A stretch of 64,000 bases of DNA from Bacteroidales bacterium (GTDB taxonomy: Bacteria; Bacteroidota; Bacteroidia; Bacteroidales; UBA932): positions 20,960-84,959 of the forward strand of contig JAKSJG010000003.1 in assembly GCA_024398365.1 (NCBI GenBank), in the 5' to 3' direction. Made by a program: the position numbers and the translations under genes. Each line of letters starts with the position of its first letter. The stretch's first letter is position 1. The notes under the pieces are model-generated. The model saw only the letters and a program-made list of their open reading frames with translations, was not told where the DNA came from and made no database searches. Shown one piece after another: positions 42,267 through 50,455 of the stretch.

Positions 42267-42494
42267 GTAAAGTCTTAAGTATCAGTATTTAGCGATTTGC
42301 GCTTGCGATTGACAAGCGGATTGGCGTATGAACTGATGGGTCGATGATAGTATATGGCAGAGCATTCCTCAGCCCAAGCCATGCTGAATTTACCCGCTTG
42401 AGTCCCGCAGCCATAATCCGGCTGAATTCACCCGTCTGAGCCCCAACTGCCTCCGGCGCAAGTCCGACGGCGGGATGCGAGCCGGGGCATCAAT

Positions 42495-42608
42495 GAGGTA
42501 CGGAGCCAGAAGGCCCTGGGAGGGCATTTTTGTCCGTACCTGTTGGTGATGGAAACTGCCGATGTGCCTCAGAAGGCTGTCTGGGGCAGGTCGGGATCGG
42601 GTAGCCGG
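42495..42608 (+). repeat. Isolated copy of the 116-bp unit (module C)
   Basis: The sequence is gaggtacggagccagaaggccctgggagggcatttttgtccgtacctgttggtgatggaaactgccgatgtgcctcagaaggctgtctggggcaggtcgggatcgggtagccgg. Confidence 0.9.
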
Positions 42609-42697
42609 AGGAGGTTGGAAGCGAAGGCGATTTGCGAGAGCGGATAACGGCGGAAGCCTGCATGGCGGTGATTAGCGCCATCCTTTGCCCGACGACC
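42604..42697 (+). repeat. Repeat module A, copy 2 (94 bp)
   Basis: It is 92/94 identical to 41547-41640 and in the same orientation. Confidence 0.9.
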
Positions 42698-42752
42698 GTT
42701 AGACATAGTCGAAGCGCAGCGGAGACTATGGCTAAAAGGGAGGAGTTGGATG

Positions 42753-42837
42753 GGCCGCCGCCATGCGGCTGGAGCCCCGCTCGAGACAACTTTCGCCTGA
42801 GTCCCAACCTCCTCCGGCGCAAGCCCGGCGGCGGGAT
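42753..42837 (+). repeat. Repeat module B, copy 2 (85 bp)
   Basis: See copy 1. It is followed by the same linker (gcgagccggggcatcaat) and a 116-bp unit, as is the partial copy at 42435. Confidence 0.9.
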
Positions 42838-42855
42838 GCGAGCCGGGGCATCAAT

Positions 42856-43260
42856 GAGGTACGGAGCCAGAAGGCCCTGGGAGGGCGATTTTGTCCGTAC
42901 CTGTCGGGGATGGAAACTGACGATGTGCCTCAGAGGGCTGTCTGGGGCAGGTCGGGATCGGGTAGCCGGGAGAGGTGCGGAGCCAGAAGGCCCTGGGAGG
43001 GCATTTTTGTCCGAACCTGTTGGTGATGGAAACTGCCGATGGGCCTCAGAAGGCTGTCTGGGGCTGGTCGGGATCGGGTAGCCGGAAGAGGTACGGAGCT
43101 GGAAGGCCCTGGGAGGGCATTTTTGTCCGTACCTGTCGGGGACGGAAACTGCCGACAGGCCTCAGAGGGCTGTCTGGTGCAGGTCGGGATCGGGTAGCCG
43201 GGAGAGGTACGGAGCTGGAAGGGCCTGGACGGGCGATTTTGTCCGTACCTGTCGGGATGG
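42856..43260 (+). repeat. Tandem array of ~3.5 copies of the 116-bp unit (module C)
   Basis: The units start at 42856, 42972, 43088 and 43204, an exact 116-bp period with about 90% identity between copies. Each unit contains ggtacgga...tccgtacc and ccag..ctgg inverted repeats. The last copy is truncated. Confidence 0.9.
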
Positions 43261-43479
43261 CAAGATGGAATGTGATCAAGCCCGGCCGAAGCGGCAGCCC
43301 CGTTTTTGCGCCTGCTATCCAAATACCTGTTATTCAGTGGCTTATGCGAACAGCCTTGCACCAAATGACTCAAGGCTATTGCTTGAATGCGCTGATAGCC
43401 AGCGATTTGGGTGGCAGCGCCTCCGCCATCCGGGCCACGCTATTTTTTCCGGGGCTGTACATAAATCTTAAAAAATGAG

Positions 43480-43487
43480 TAAATTTG
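43480..43487 (+). promoter_or_regulatory. Bacteroidota -7 box TAAATTTG upstream of paralog 2
   Basis: It matches TAnnTTTG and lies 25 nt upstream of the ATG at 43513. Confidence 0.5.
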
Positions 43488-43512
43488 CATAAAGTACATA
43501 TTATTGCCGAAA

Positions 43513-45576
43513 ATGACCGTAAAAGCATTTCATCCAAGCCTTGCCCTGACCGCAGCAGCGGTTATGATGGCGTGCGCAGCGGCCTGCTCACCGAAACAGG
43601 CTCCGCAGAACGACAGCGCCAAGGCGCAGAATACACAGAATACACTGACCGCAGCCGAAGAACCGGCTGTCATCCGCACCGACGTGCAGAACAAGGCATA
43701 TTTCAAGGATATCTTCATCGACGCAGGCATCGAGATCAACGGATTCCCGACGATGCCGGCAGTCACGATGCTCGGTATGTCCTACGAATGGATGCGCATC
43801 AGCAACGACACCCTGCCGAGCCAGGACCTCCAGCGCAGCATCGTCTGCGGCACGGCTGACGACACCAACGGACGTCTGCTCTATCCGGACGGCGAGCCGC
43901 GCTTCAGGATGATCTATGTCAACGGCGGTCTGGCCGAGAGCCACGGAGTGGCGCTTGAGATGCGCGGAAGGGATGCCATCAGGACCTTCCTCGCCAACGG
44001 TGGAAGCTATACCGGCAGCTGCGCGGGAGCATACGTCGCCACCAATGGCAGCCGCTTCCAGGGCGCCGGCTATCTCGGCATATGGCCTGCAGCCGGCCAG
44101 GCTGCCACCATCACGAAGATATATCCGAATTATATCATGCCGGAGGACAGCCCTCTGCTCAAGTATTACGACTTCGGCGGAGACCGCAAGGTCGATAGCG
44201 TGAAGCACTGGAACGGTCCGTACTTCGAGCAGTATCAGGACGTGCCTGGCACAGAGGTCCTGGCCTACAACGACTGGCCTTCCTACAAGTTCCACAACCT
44301 TCCTTCCATCATCGCCTACAAGCCTTCATATGTCACGGGCCGCGTCATTCTTCTCGGAGGACATCCGGAGCAGGTGGTGGACGGCGAACAGCGCGACCTG
44401 ATGGCTGCGGTGCTGCTTTATGCGAAGGACGGCAACGGCTGCGCCAAGGTCAAGGGACAGCTCCGCAACGGCGAGCTGCGCAGAATGACAAAAGCCACTG
44501 AGGACAACGATCCGGCATTCACGAAGATCGGCGACCGCCAGTGCCACCATTTCGTGATTGCCCTGCCGAAGAAGGCGCGCAACATCAAGGTCCGCCTCGA
44601 AGCGCTCGAGAACTACAACCTCAGCCTCCGCATGGCGAAGGAAACATACGCATTTGCCGAAGACGCGCAGTACAAGGTCGAGAACGGCAAGCTCGTCAAG
44701 GAATTCAACTTCCCTGAGCTCGAGGCCGGCACCTGGTACATCGGCGTGCAGTGCGAGGATACGGTGACTGCCACCGAGACCGAAGGTTGCGACACATACG
44801 AGAATACCGGCGTGCTCAACGGCGTGCCTTACACAATATCCGCATCCTGGGATATCGCAGAGACCGGCACCGCGCTGATGCGCAGGTCCGCCGATGTCAA
44901 TGAGACCATCAAGCTCATCAAGGCTCCGGTCACCCGCGTAACAGCTCTCGACAGCAGCGTGACCAAGGTGGTATTCGCCACCGGCTCAGCTTCCACCGAA
45001 GGCGTGCGCATTGACGCCGCCGGGTCCGAAGAGCCGATATACGCATCCCTCGCCGCTGACGGTGTCCTCACCATATCCACACCGGCAGCTGCCATCAAGC
45101 TCAACGAAGGCAGCTCAAGTCTCTTCGACGGCATGGCGGCCCTCAAGTCTGTGGAAAACTTCGGAGCGCTGGATTTCTCCAACGTCATCTCGCTCCTCGG
45201 CTGGTTCCGCAATTGCCACAGCCTGGAGATGGTTGACCTCTCCGAAGCCGCCATTGACGGCTCCCGTATACTCGGAATGAACTCATTGTTCCGCTATATG
45301 CCGAATCTCAAGGAGATCAACCTCGGCAACAAATGTTTCTCCGACCCTCTGGTGAAATCCCCGTCCACCTTCTTCACGGGCGCGTCCGACAAGGACGGCG
45401 AAAGGACCTGCTCCGTATCCGGCGAACTGACCATACGCTGCATCCCCGCCACTGCAGAGTGGCTTGCCGGCACCGGTCTCAAGCTTCTCCATGACGGCAA
45501 CAAGACCATCGAGCCGGTGAAGATAAAGTTCATCGACTGCCTCAGCGGCCAGGAGATCAACCCTGTCTGGAAATAA
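43513..45576 (+). CDS. Surface lipoprotein: GATase1/BPL_N-like Cys-His-Glu domain, PPC-like domain and BspA-type (DUF285-like) leucine-rich repeats (paralog 2)
   Basis: The ORF-track start at 43504 is a TTG. The ATG at 43513 gives MTVKAFHPSLALTAAAVMMACAAACS (lipobox). Domain motifs are LLYPDGEPRFRMIYVNGG...GGSYTGSCAGAYVA...GGHPEQ, then GDRQCHHFVIALPKKARNIKVRLE...GTWYIGVQC...GVPYTISASWD. The C-terminus (FGALDFSNVISLLGWFRNCHSLEMVDLSEA...MNSLFRYMPNLKEINLG) is BspA/DUF285-like. Confidence 0.8.
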   Translation: MTVKAFHPSLALTAAAVMMACAAACSPKQAPQNDSAKAQNTQNTLTAAEEPAVIRTDVQNKAYFKDIFIDAGIEINGFPTMPAVTMLGMSYEWMRISNDTLPSQDLQRSIVCGTADDTNGRLLYPDGEPRFRMIYVNGGLAESHGVALEMRGRDAIRTFLANGGSYTGSCAGAYVATNGSRFQGAGYLGIWPAAGQAATITKIYPNYIMPEDSPLLKYYDFGGDRKVDSVKHWNGPYFEQYQDVPGTEVLAYNDWPSYKFHNLPSIIAYKPSYVTGRVILLGGHPEQVVDGEQRDLMAAVLLYAKDGNGCAKVKGQLRNGELRRMTKATEDNDPAFTKIGDRQCHHFVIALPKKARNIKVRLEALENYNLSLRMAKETYAFAEDAQYKVENGKLVKEFNFPELEAGTWYIGVQCEDTVTATETEGCDTYENTGVLNGVPYTISASWDIAETGTALMRRSADVNETIKLIKAPVTRVTALDSSVTKVVFATGSASTEGVRIDAAGSEEPIYASLAADGVLTISTPAAAIKLNEGSSSLFDGMAALKSVENFGALDFSNVISLLGWFRNCHSLEMVDLSEAAIDGSRILGMNSLFRYMPNLKEINLGNKCFSDPLVKSPSTFFTGASDKDGERTCSVSGELTIRCIPATAEWLAGTGLKLLHDGNKTIEPVKIKFIDCLSGQEINPVWK

Positions 45577-45597
45577 TCTTCAAGAAACATCTTCGAT

Positions 45598-47646
45598 ATG
45601 AAAAAGCATAATATTCTCTCAAGTGCAGCCGGTCTGGCAGCAGTGGTCTGTCTGGCAGCCTGCACACCGAAGGCCGCTCCACAGAAGGCGGAAGCCGCCG
45701 AAAATCAAACTGCGGCAGTGGCAGAAGAGCCTGTGCTCGTCCGCACGGACGTGCCCAACAAGGCATTCTTCAAGGATCTGTTCATCGATTCCGGCATCAG
45801 GATCAACGCATTCCCTACGATGCCGACCACTTCCTACCTCGGCCTGTCCTACGAATGGATGCGCATAGGCAAGGACACACTGCCCAACCAGGACCTTCAG
45901 CGCGAGATCATCTGCGGCTCCGCCGATGACACCAACGGCCGCCTGCTCTATCCGGACGGCGAGCCTCGTTTCAAGGTGATCTATGTCAACGGCGGACTCT
46001 CCGACGGCCACGGCCTGACTATGGAGATGCAGGGCCGCGAGACCTACCGCAAATTCTTCGCCAACGGCGGAAGCTATACAGGCAGCTGCGCTGGCGGATA
46101 TTTGTGCACAGCAGGTTTCGACAGGTATTATCAGGGCCCTGGCTACCTCGGCATCTGGCCTGGAATGGCCGATGAGGCTGCCATAACCAAGATTTTCCCT
46201 AACTACATCATACCGGAGGACTCTCCTCTGCTCAAGTATTACGACTTCGGCGGAGACTTCAAGGTCGATAGCGTGAAGCACTGGAACGGTCCTTTCTATG
46301 CACACTGGCAGGATGTTCCGGGCACCGAAGTGCTCGCGCGCAACGAGATTCCTGGACGCATCCTGGACAGCCATCCTTCCATCATCGCATGGAAGAAGGA
46401 CGCTTTCACCGGACGTGCAGTGCCTTGCGGCGGCCATCCCGAGCAGGTGGTTGACGGTGAGAAGCGCGACCTGATGGCGGCCATACTCCGCTATGCGATG
46501 GACGGTGTCGGCTGCGCCAAGGTCAAGGGCCAGCTCCACAACGGCGAGCTGCGCAGGATGACGAAGGCCACTGAGGACAACGACCCGGCATTCACCAAGA
46601 TCGGCGACCGTCAGTGCCACCATTTCGTGATAAATGTCCCTAAGAAAGCCCGCAACATCAGGGTGCGTCTCGAGGCGCTGGACAATTACAGGCTCAGCCT
46701 GAGAATGGCTCAGGGCACCTTCGCCTTCAAGGAAGACGCTCAGTACAAGGTGGAGAACCGCGAGCTTGTCAAGGAACTCGTCTTCGACGAACTGCCTGCC
46801 GGCGTATGGTACATCGGCGTGCAGTGCGAGGACACGGTCAATGCCACCGAGACTGAAGGCTGCGACATCTACACCAATACAGGCGTGCTCAACGGCGTGC
46901 CTTACACGGTCTCCGCATCCTGGGAGACCGCCGATATGGGCAAGGCCATCCTCAGCCGCGGCGCCGACGTCAATGAGATGATCAAGCTCCTCGCCGCTCC
47001 TACGGCGCGCGCTTCATTCCTCGACAGCGCCATCACAAAGATTGTCTTCGTGACGGGCTCGGCTTCAAAGGAAGGCAGACGCATCGACGCTCCTGAATCC
47101 GAAGAACCTATCTACGCCTCAATGACCACCGACGGCGTTGTCACCATCAGCACCCCGGCTCCTTCCATCAAGGCAGGCAAGGCTACCTCCAACCTCTTCG
47201 CAGGCTTCACCAAACTCACTGAGATCGAGAATCTCGCCGCCCTTGACATGAGCGGAGCCATTTCGTTGATGTCCTTCTTCAAGGACTGCCGTTCCATCGA
47301 GAAACTTGACATCTCCTGCCTCAACACATCGAAGATCGTCGGCATGGACAACATGCTCAGGTATATGCCTAAGCTCCGCGAACTCAACATAGGCACATTG
47401 CGCTCCATTGACAAACTCACAGAGAAGCCTTCATACTTCTCCTGCGGCACGTCCGATGCCGATGACGTGAGGACATGCGCCGCTTCCGGCGAACTGACAA
47501 TCCGCTGCACGAAGGAAGCCGCCCAGTGGCTTGCCGGCACCACTCTCAGGCACATGCACAAGGGCAATGATACCATCGAAGCGGTCAAAATAAGATTCAT
47601 AGATTACCTCACCGGGGAAGAGTATTTCCCTGAGTGGCCAAAATAA
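45598..47646 (+). CDS. Tandem paralog of the preceding lipoprotein (paralog 3), same three-domain layout
   Basis: The lipobox is VCLAACT. It is collinear with 43513..45576 over the whole length, with long identical stretches (DDTNGRLLYPDGEPRF, ANGGSYTGSCAG, PEDSPLLKYYDFGGD, KVDSVKHWNGP, ELRRMTKATEDNDPAFTKIGDRQCHHFVI, GVQCEDTV.ATETEGCD, GVLNGVPYT.SASW). Confidence 0.85.
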   Translation: MKKHNILSSAAGLAAVVCLAACTPKAAPQKAEAAENQTAAVAEEPVLVRTDVPNKAFFKDLFIDSGIRINAFPTMPTTSYLGLSYEWMRIGKDTLPNQDLQREIICGSADDTNGRLLYPDGEPRFKVIYVNGGLSDGHGLTMEMQGRETYRKFFANGGSYTGSCAGGYLCTAGFDRYYQGPGYLGIWPGMADEAAITKIFPNYIIPEDSPLLKYYDFGGDFKVDSVKHWNGPFYAHWQDVPGTEVLARNEIPGRILDSHPSIIAWKKDAFTGRAVPCGGHPEQVVDGEKRDLMAAILRYAMDGVGCAKVKGQLHNGELRRMTKATEDNDPAFTKIGDRQCHHFVINVPKKARNIRVRLEALDNYRLSLRMAQGTFAFKEDAQYKVENRELVKELVFDELPAGVWYIGVQCEDTVNATETEGCDIYTNTGVLNGVPYTVSASWETADMGKAILSRGADVNEMIKLLAAPTARASFLDSAITKIVFVTGSASKEGRRIDAPESEEPIYASMTTDGVVTISTPAPSIKAGKATSNLFAGFTKLTEIENLAALDMSGAISLMSFFKDCRSIEKLDISCLNTSKIVGMDNMLRYMPKLRELNIGTLRSIDKLTEKPSYFSCGTSDADDVRTCAASGELTIRCTKEAAQWLAGTTLRHMHKGNDTIEAVKIRFIDYLTGEEYFPEWPK

Positions 47647-47655
47647 TCCCATACA

Positions 47656-48687
47656 ATGCTCTACAGAAGCAAGGCACCTTTCAGGCTCGGCATCGCCGGC
47701 GGTGGCACTGACGTATCACCTTACTCCGACATCTACGGAGGTGCGATACTCAACGTGACCATAGACCGCTTCGCGCATGCCACCATACGCCCGACAGAGG
47801 ACGGGAAGGTGACATTCATACACATCAACGACAATGTATGCAGGACGCTTGAGTCGCTTCCGGAGCTTCCGCTCGAACCTGGGCTGGAGCTGCAGTGCGG
47901 CATATACAATTCCATAGTGCGCAAGTACAACGGAGGCCGTCCGCTCTCCTTCGAGCTCACCACGCAGATGGACGTCCCTTCCGGCTCCGGCCTGGGCACC
48001 TCCTCCACGCTTGTGGTGGCCATCATCGGTGCATTCGCCGAATGGCTCAACCTGCCTCTCGGCAAATATGACATCGCGCAGTATGCCTATGAGATCGAGC
48101 GCATCGATCTGGGCATGGCGGGAGGCAAGCAGGACCAGTACGCCGCCACCTTCGGAGGCGTGAACTTCATGGAATTCCGCGATGCGGACAGGGTGATAGT
48201 CAACCCGCTGAGCATACCTGACAGTGTGCTCAACGAGTGGGCCATGAATACCGTGCTGCTCTTCACCAACCAGCGCCGCAAGAGCGCCCGCATCATAGAG
48301 GAGCAGATGTCCAACGTGAAGAAGAACAACAGCAGCTCCGTTGAGGCCATGCACCGCGTCAAGGAAGAGGCTTTCAGGATGAAAAGCGCGCTGCTGGAGG
48401 GCAATCTCGCCGCATTGGGCGACGCCCTCAACACCAGCTGGGTCAACAAGAAGAAAATGGCCGCAGACATCTCCAATGATTTCATAGACAGACTTTACGA
48501 TACAGCTCTGGCAGCAGGTGCCACGGGAGGCAAGATCTCCGGGGCGGGCGGAGGCGGATTCATGTTCTTCTACTGCCCGGGCAACACCCGCTACGCCGTT
48601 GAGGCCGCACTCTCGCAGCTTGAGGCCGGCGAGCTTTATGATTTTGAATTCTGCAAATACGGATTGACGACATGGACAGTTCAGTGA
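47656..48687 (+). CDS. hddA: GHMP-family sugar kinase, D-glycero-alpha-D-manno-heptose-7-phosphate kinase-like
   Basis: The N-terminus SKAPFRLGIAGGGTDVSPYSDIYGGAILNVTI and the GHMP motif PSGSGLGTSST are present. The context (gmhA, hddC/gmhB) supports the call. Confidence 0.8.
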   Translation: MLYRSKAPFRLGIAGGGTDVSPYSDIYGGAILNVTIDRFAHATIRPTEDGKVTFIHINDNVCRTLESLPELPLEPGLELQCGIYNSIVRKYNGGRPLSFELTTQMDVPSGSGLGTSSTLVVAIIGAFAEWLNLPLGKYDIAQYAYEIERIDLGMAGGKQDQYAATFGGVNFMEFRDADRVIVNPLSIPDSVLNEWAMNTVLLFTNQRRKSARIIEEQMSNVKKNNSSSVEAMHRVKEEAFRMKSALLEGNLAALGDALNTSWVNKKKMAADISNDFIDRLYDTALAAGATGGKISGAGGGGFMFFYCPGNTRYAVEAALSQLEAGELYDFEFCKYGLTTWTVQ

Positions 48688-49253
48688 TAACCGCCCGCCT
48701 CGAGGCGCATATCGGGATGATGAAGGAGTTTGAGAGCAATGAGGCTCTCAAGGCCAGCCTGCTTGCTGCGGCTGAGATGATAGAGTCCTGCTTCCGCGCG
48801 GGCGGCAAGGTCTATTTCTGCGGCAACGGCGGCAGCGCGGCGGATGCGCAGCATATTGCCGCCGAACTTTCCGGCAGATTCTATTTTGACCGTGAAAGCC
48901 TGCCTGCAGAGGCACTGCACTGCAATACCTCCTATCTGACGGCGGTGGCTAACGATTATTCCTTTGACATCATATACTCCCGTCTGATAGCCGGCCTGGG
49001 CCGTCCCGGTGACGTGCTTGTGGGACTTTCCACCTCCGGCAACTCCAAGAACATACTGATGGCCTTCGAGGAATGCCGTTCCAAGGGCATCAGAACCATA
49101 GCCTTCACAGGCGCAACGGGAGGCAGCATGAAGGAGCTGGCCGACGTGCTGGTCAACGTGCCTTCCAATGACACTCCGCGCATCCAGGAAGCTCACATCA
49201 CAGCCGGCCATATCGTCTGCGAGATGGTCGAGCAGGCAATATTCGGAAAGTAA
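48672..49253 (+). CDS. gmhA: D-sedoheptulose-7-phosphate isomerase (SIS domain)
   Basis: 193 aa with the GmhA signatures GGKVYFCGNGGSAADAQHIAAEL and LSTSGNSKNI. It overlaps hddA by 16 nt. Confidence 0.9.
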   Translation: MDSSVITARLEAHIGMMKEFESNEALKASLLAAAEMIESCFRAGGKVYFCGNGGSAADAQHIAAELSGRFYFDRESLPAEALHCNTSYLTAVANDYSFDIIYSRLIAGLGRPGDVLVGLSTSGNSKNILMAFEECRSKGIRTIAFTGATGGSMKELADVLVNVPSNDTPRIQEAHITAGHIVCEMVEQAIFGK

Positions 49254-50455
49254 TGGAGTGCGTCATCCTTGCCGGCGGCATGGGCACACGCCTTCGCAGC
49301 GTGGTCAGCGAACTGCCCAAATGCATGGCCCCGGTGGCCGGGAAGCCTTTTCTGCACTATATAGTCGAGACCCTCGGGGCCTTCGGCTTTGACCATATCA
49401 TCTTCTCTCTGGGCTACAAACACGAATGCATAGAGGAATGGATAGGGGAGCTTCAGGCTTCCGGCGCCTGCCGCGCTCTTCCGAAGCTGGATTACGTAGT
49501 TGAGACCGAGCCTCTGGGTACCGGCGGCGGAGTGCGCTATGCCTTCTCCAAGGCCCGCGAGGAGTCGGTATTCGTGCTCAACGGGGATACATTCTTCGAT
49601 GTGGATTTCATGGAGATGATGGAACTCCACAATGCCTCCCGCGCCATGGCGACGGTTGCACTCAAGCCCATGCGCGACTTCGAGCGTTACGGCACCGTAG
49701 GGCTGGGTGATGACGGCATACACGTCACTGAATTCCGCGAGAAGCAGCATTGCGAAGCGGGCCTGATCAATGGCGGCGTGTATCTGATACGCCGTTCGGC
49801 GCTTGACGCCCTGCCTCAGAAATTCTCCATGGAGAAGGACTTCTTCGAGAAGGTGGTGGGCGGCGGCCGGATTGCAGGATATGTGTCTGACGGCTATTTC
49901 ATCGACATTGGCATACCTGAGGATTATGCCAGGGCGCAGGAAGATTTCGCATCAGGCGTCTACAAGCGCTACGATACTCTCTTTCTCGACAGGGACGGAG
50001 TGATCAACGTGCAGATAGTCGGCGATTATGTGCGCAGGCCTGAGCAGCTGCGCTTCATTGACGGGGCGCTGGAGGCGCTCGCTCTGCTCGCGCCGCTTTT
50101 CGCCCGCATCGTGGTGGTGACCAACCAGAGGGGCGTCACCAAGGGCCTGATGAGCGAGGCTGACCTCGAGGATGTGCACAGCCACATGCTCTCAGCCGTT
50201 GAGGCCGCGGGAGGCCGCATAGACCGCATATATTGCTGTACCGGCATGGACTGCAGTGACCCGCGCCGCAAACCGAATATCGGAATGTTCGAGGAGGCTC
50301 GCGCCGACTGGCCGCAGATGGACCTGCCGCGCTGCTTCATGGTAGGCGATCAGCCTTCGGACATGGAGTTTGCCGAGCGTGCCGGTCTGGTCGGCATACC
50401 AGTCTCAAGCCGTTACACCCTGCTTGACTTCGCCCGCGAACTTATATCGCACTGA
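49253..50455 (+). CDS. Bifunctional heptose-1-phosphate nucleotidyltransferase (HddC-like) / D,D-heptose-1,7-bisphosphate phosphatase (GmhB-like HAD)
   Basis: The N-terminal NTP-transferase motif is ILAGGMGTRLRSVVSELPKCMAPVAGKPFL. The C-terminal HAD motifs are LFLDRDGVIN and VVVTNQRGV, plus MVGDQPSDMEFAERAG. It makes a TAATG overlap with gmhA. Confidence 0.8.
   Translation: MECVILAGGMGTRLRSVVSELPKCMAPVAGKPFLHYIVETLGAFGFDHIIFSLGYKHECIEEWIGELQASGACRALPKLDYVVETEPLGTGGGVRYAFSKAREESVFVLNGDTFFDVDFMEMMELHNASRAMATVALKPMRDFERYGTVGLGDDGIHVTEFREKQHCEAGLINGGVYLIRRSALDALPQKFSMEKDFFEKVVGGGRIAGYVSDGYFIDIGIPEDYARAQEDFASGVYKRYDTLFLDRDGVINVQIVGDYVRRPEQLRFIDGALEALALLAPLFARIVVVTNQRGVTKGLMSEADLEDVHSHMLSAVEAAGGRIDRIYCCTGMDCSDPRRKPNIGMFEEARADWPQMDLPRCFMVGDQPSDMEFAERAGLVGIPVSSRYTLLDFARELISH

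Noticed and set aside
42495-43260. The possibility that the 116-bp repeats form a CRISPR array.
   Set aside because: The repeats are directly contiguous at an exact 116-bp period, with no unique spacers. The unit length is far above the 24-48 bp of CRISPR repeats. No cas genes are in the window.
41547-43260. The possibility that the repeat pairs are diversity-generating retroelement template and variable repeats.
   Set aside because: There is no reverse transcriptase or target gene. Differences between copies are not adenine-specific. The repeats lie in non-coding DNA.
43588-46623. Minus-strand ORFs of 235 aa (43588..44295) and 334 aa (45619..46623).
   Set aside because: Both are antisense to the two paralogous lipoprotein genes. 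They mirror each other only because the sense genes are paralogs. They have no motifs and a biased composition.
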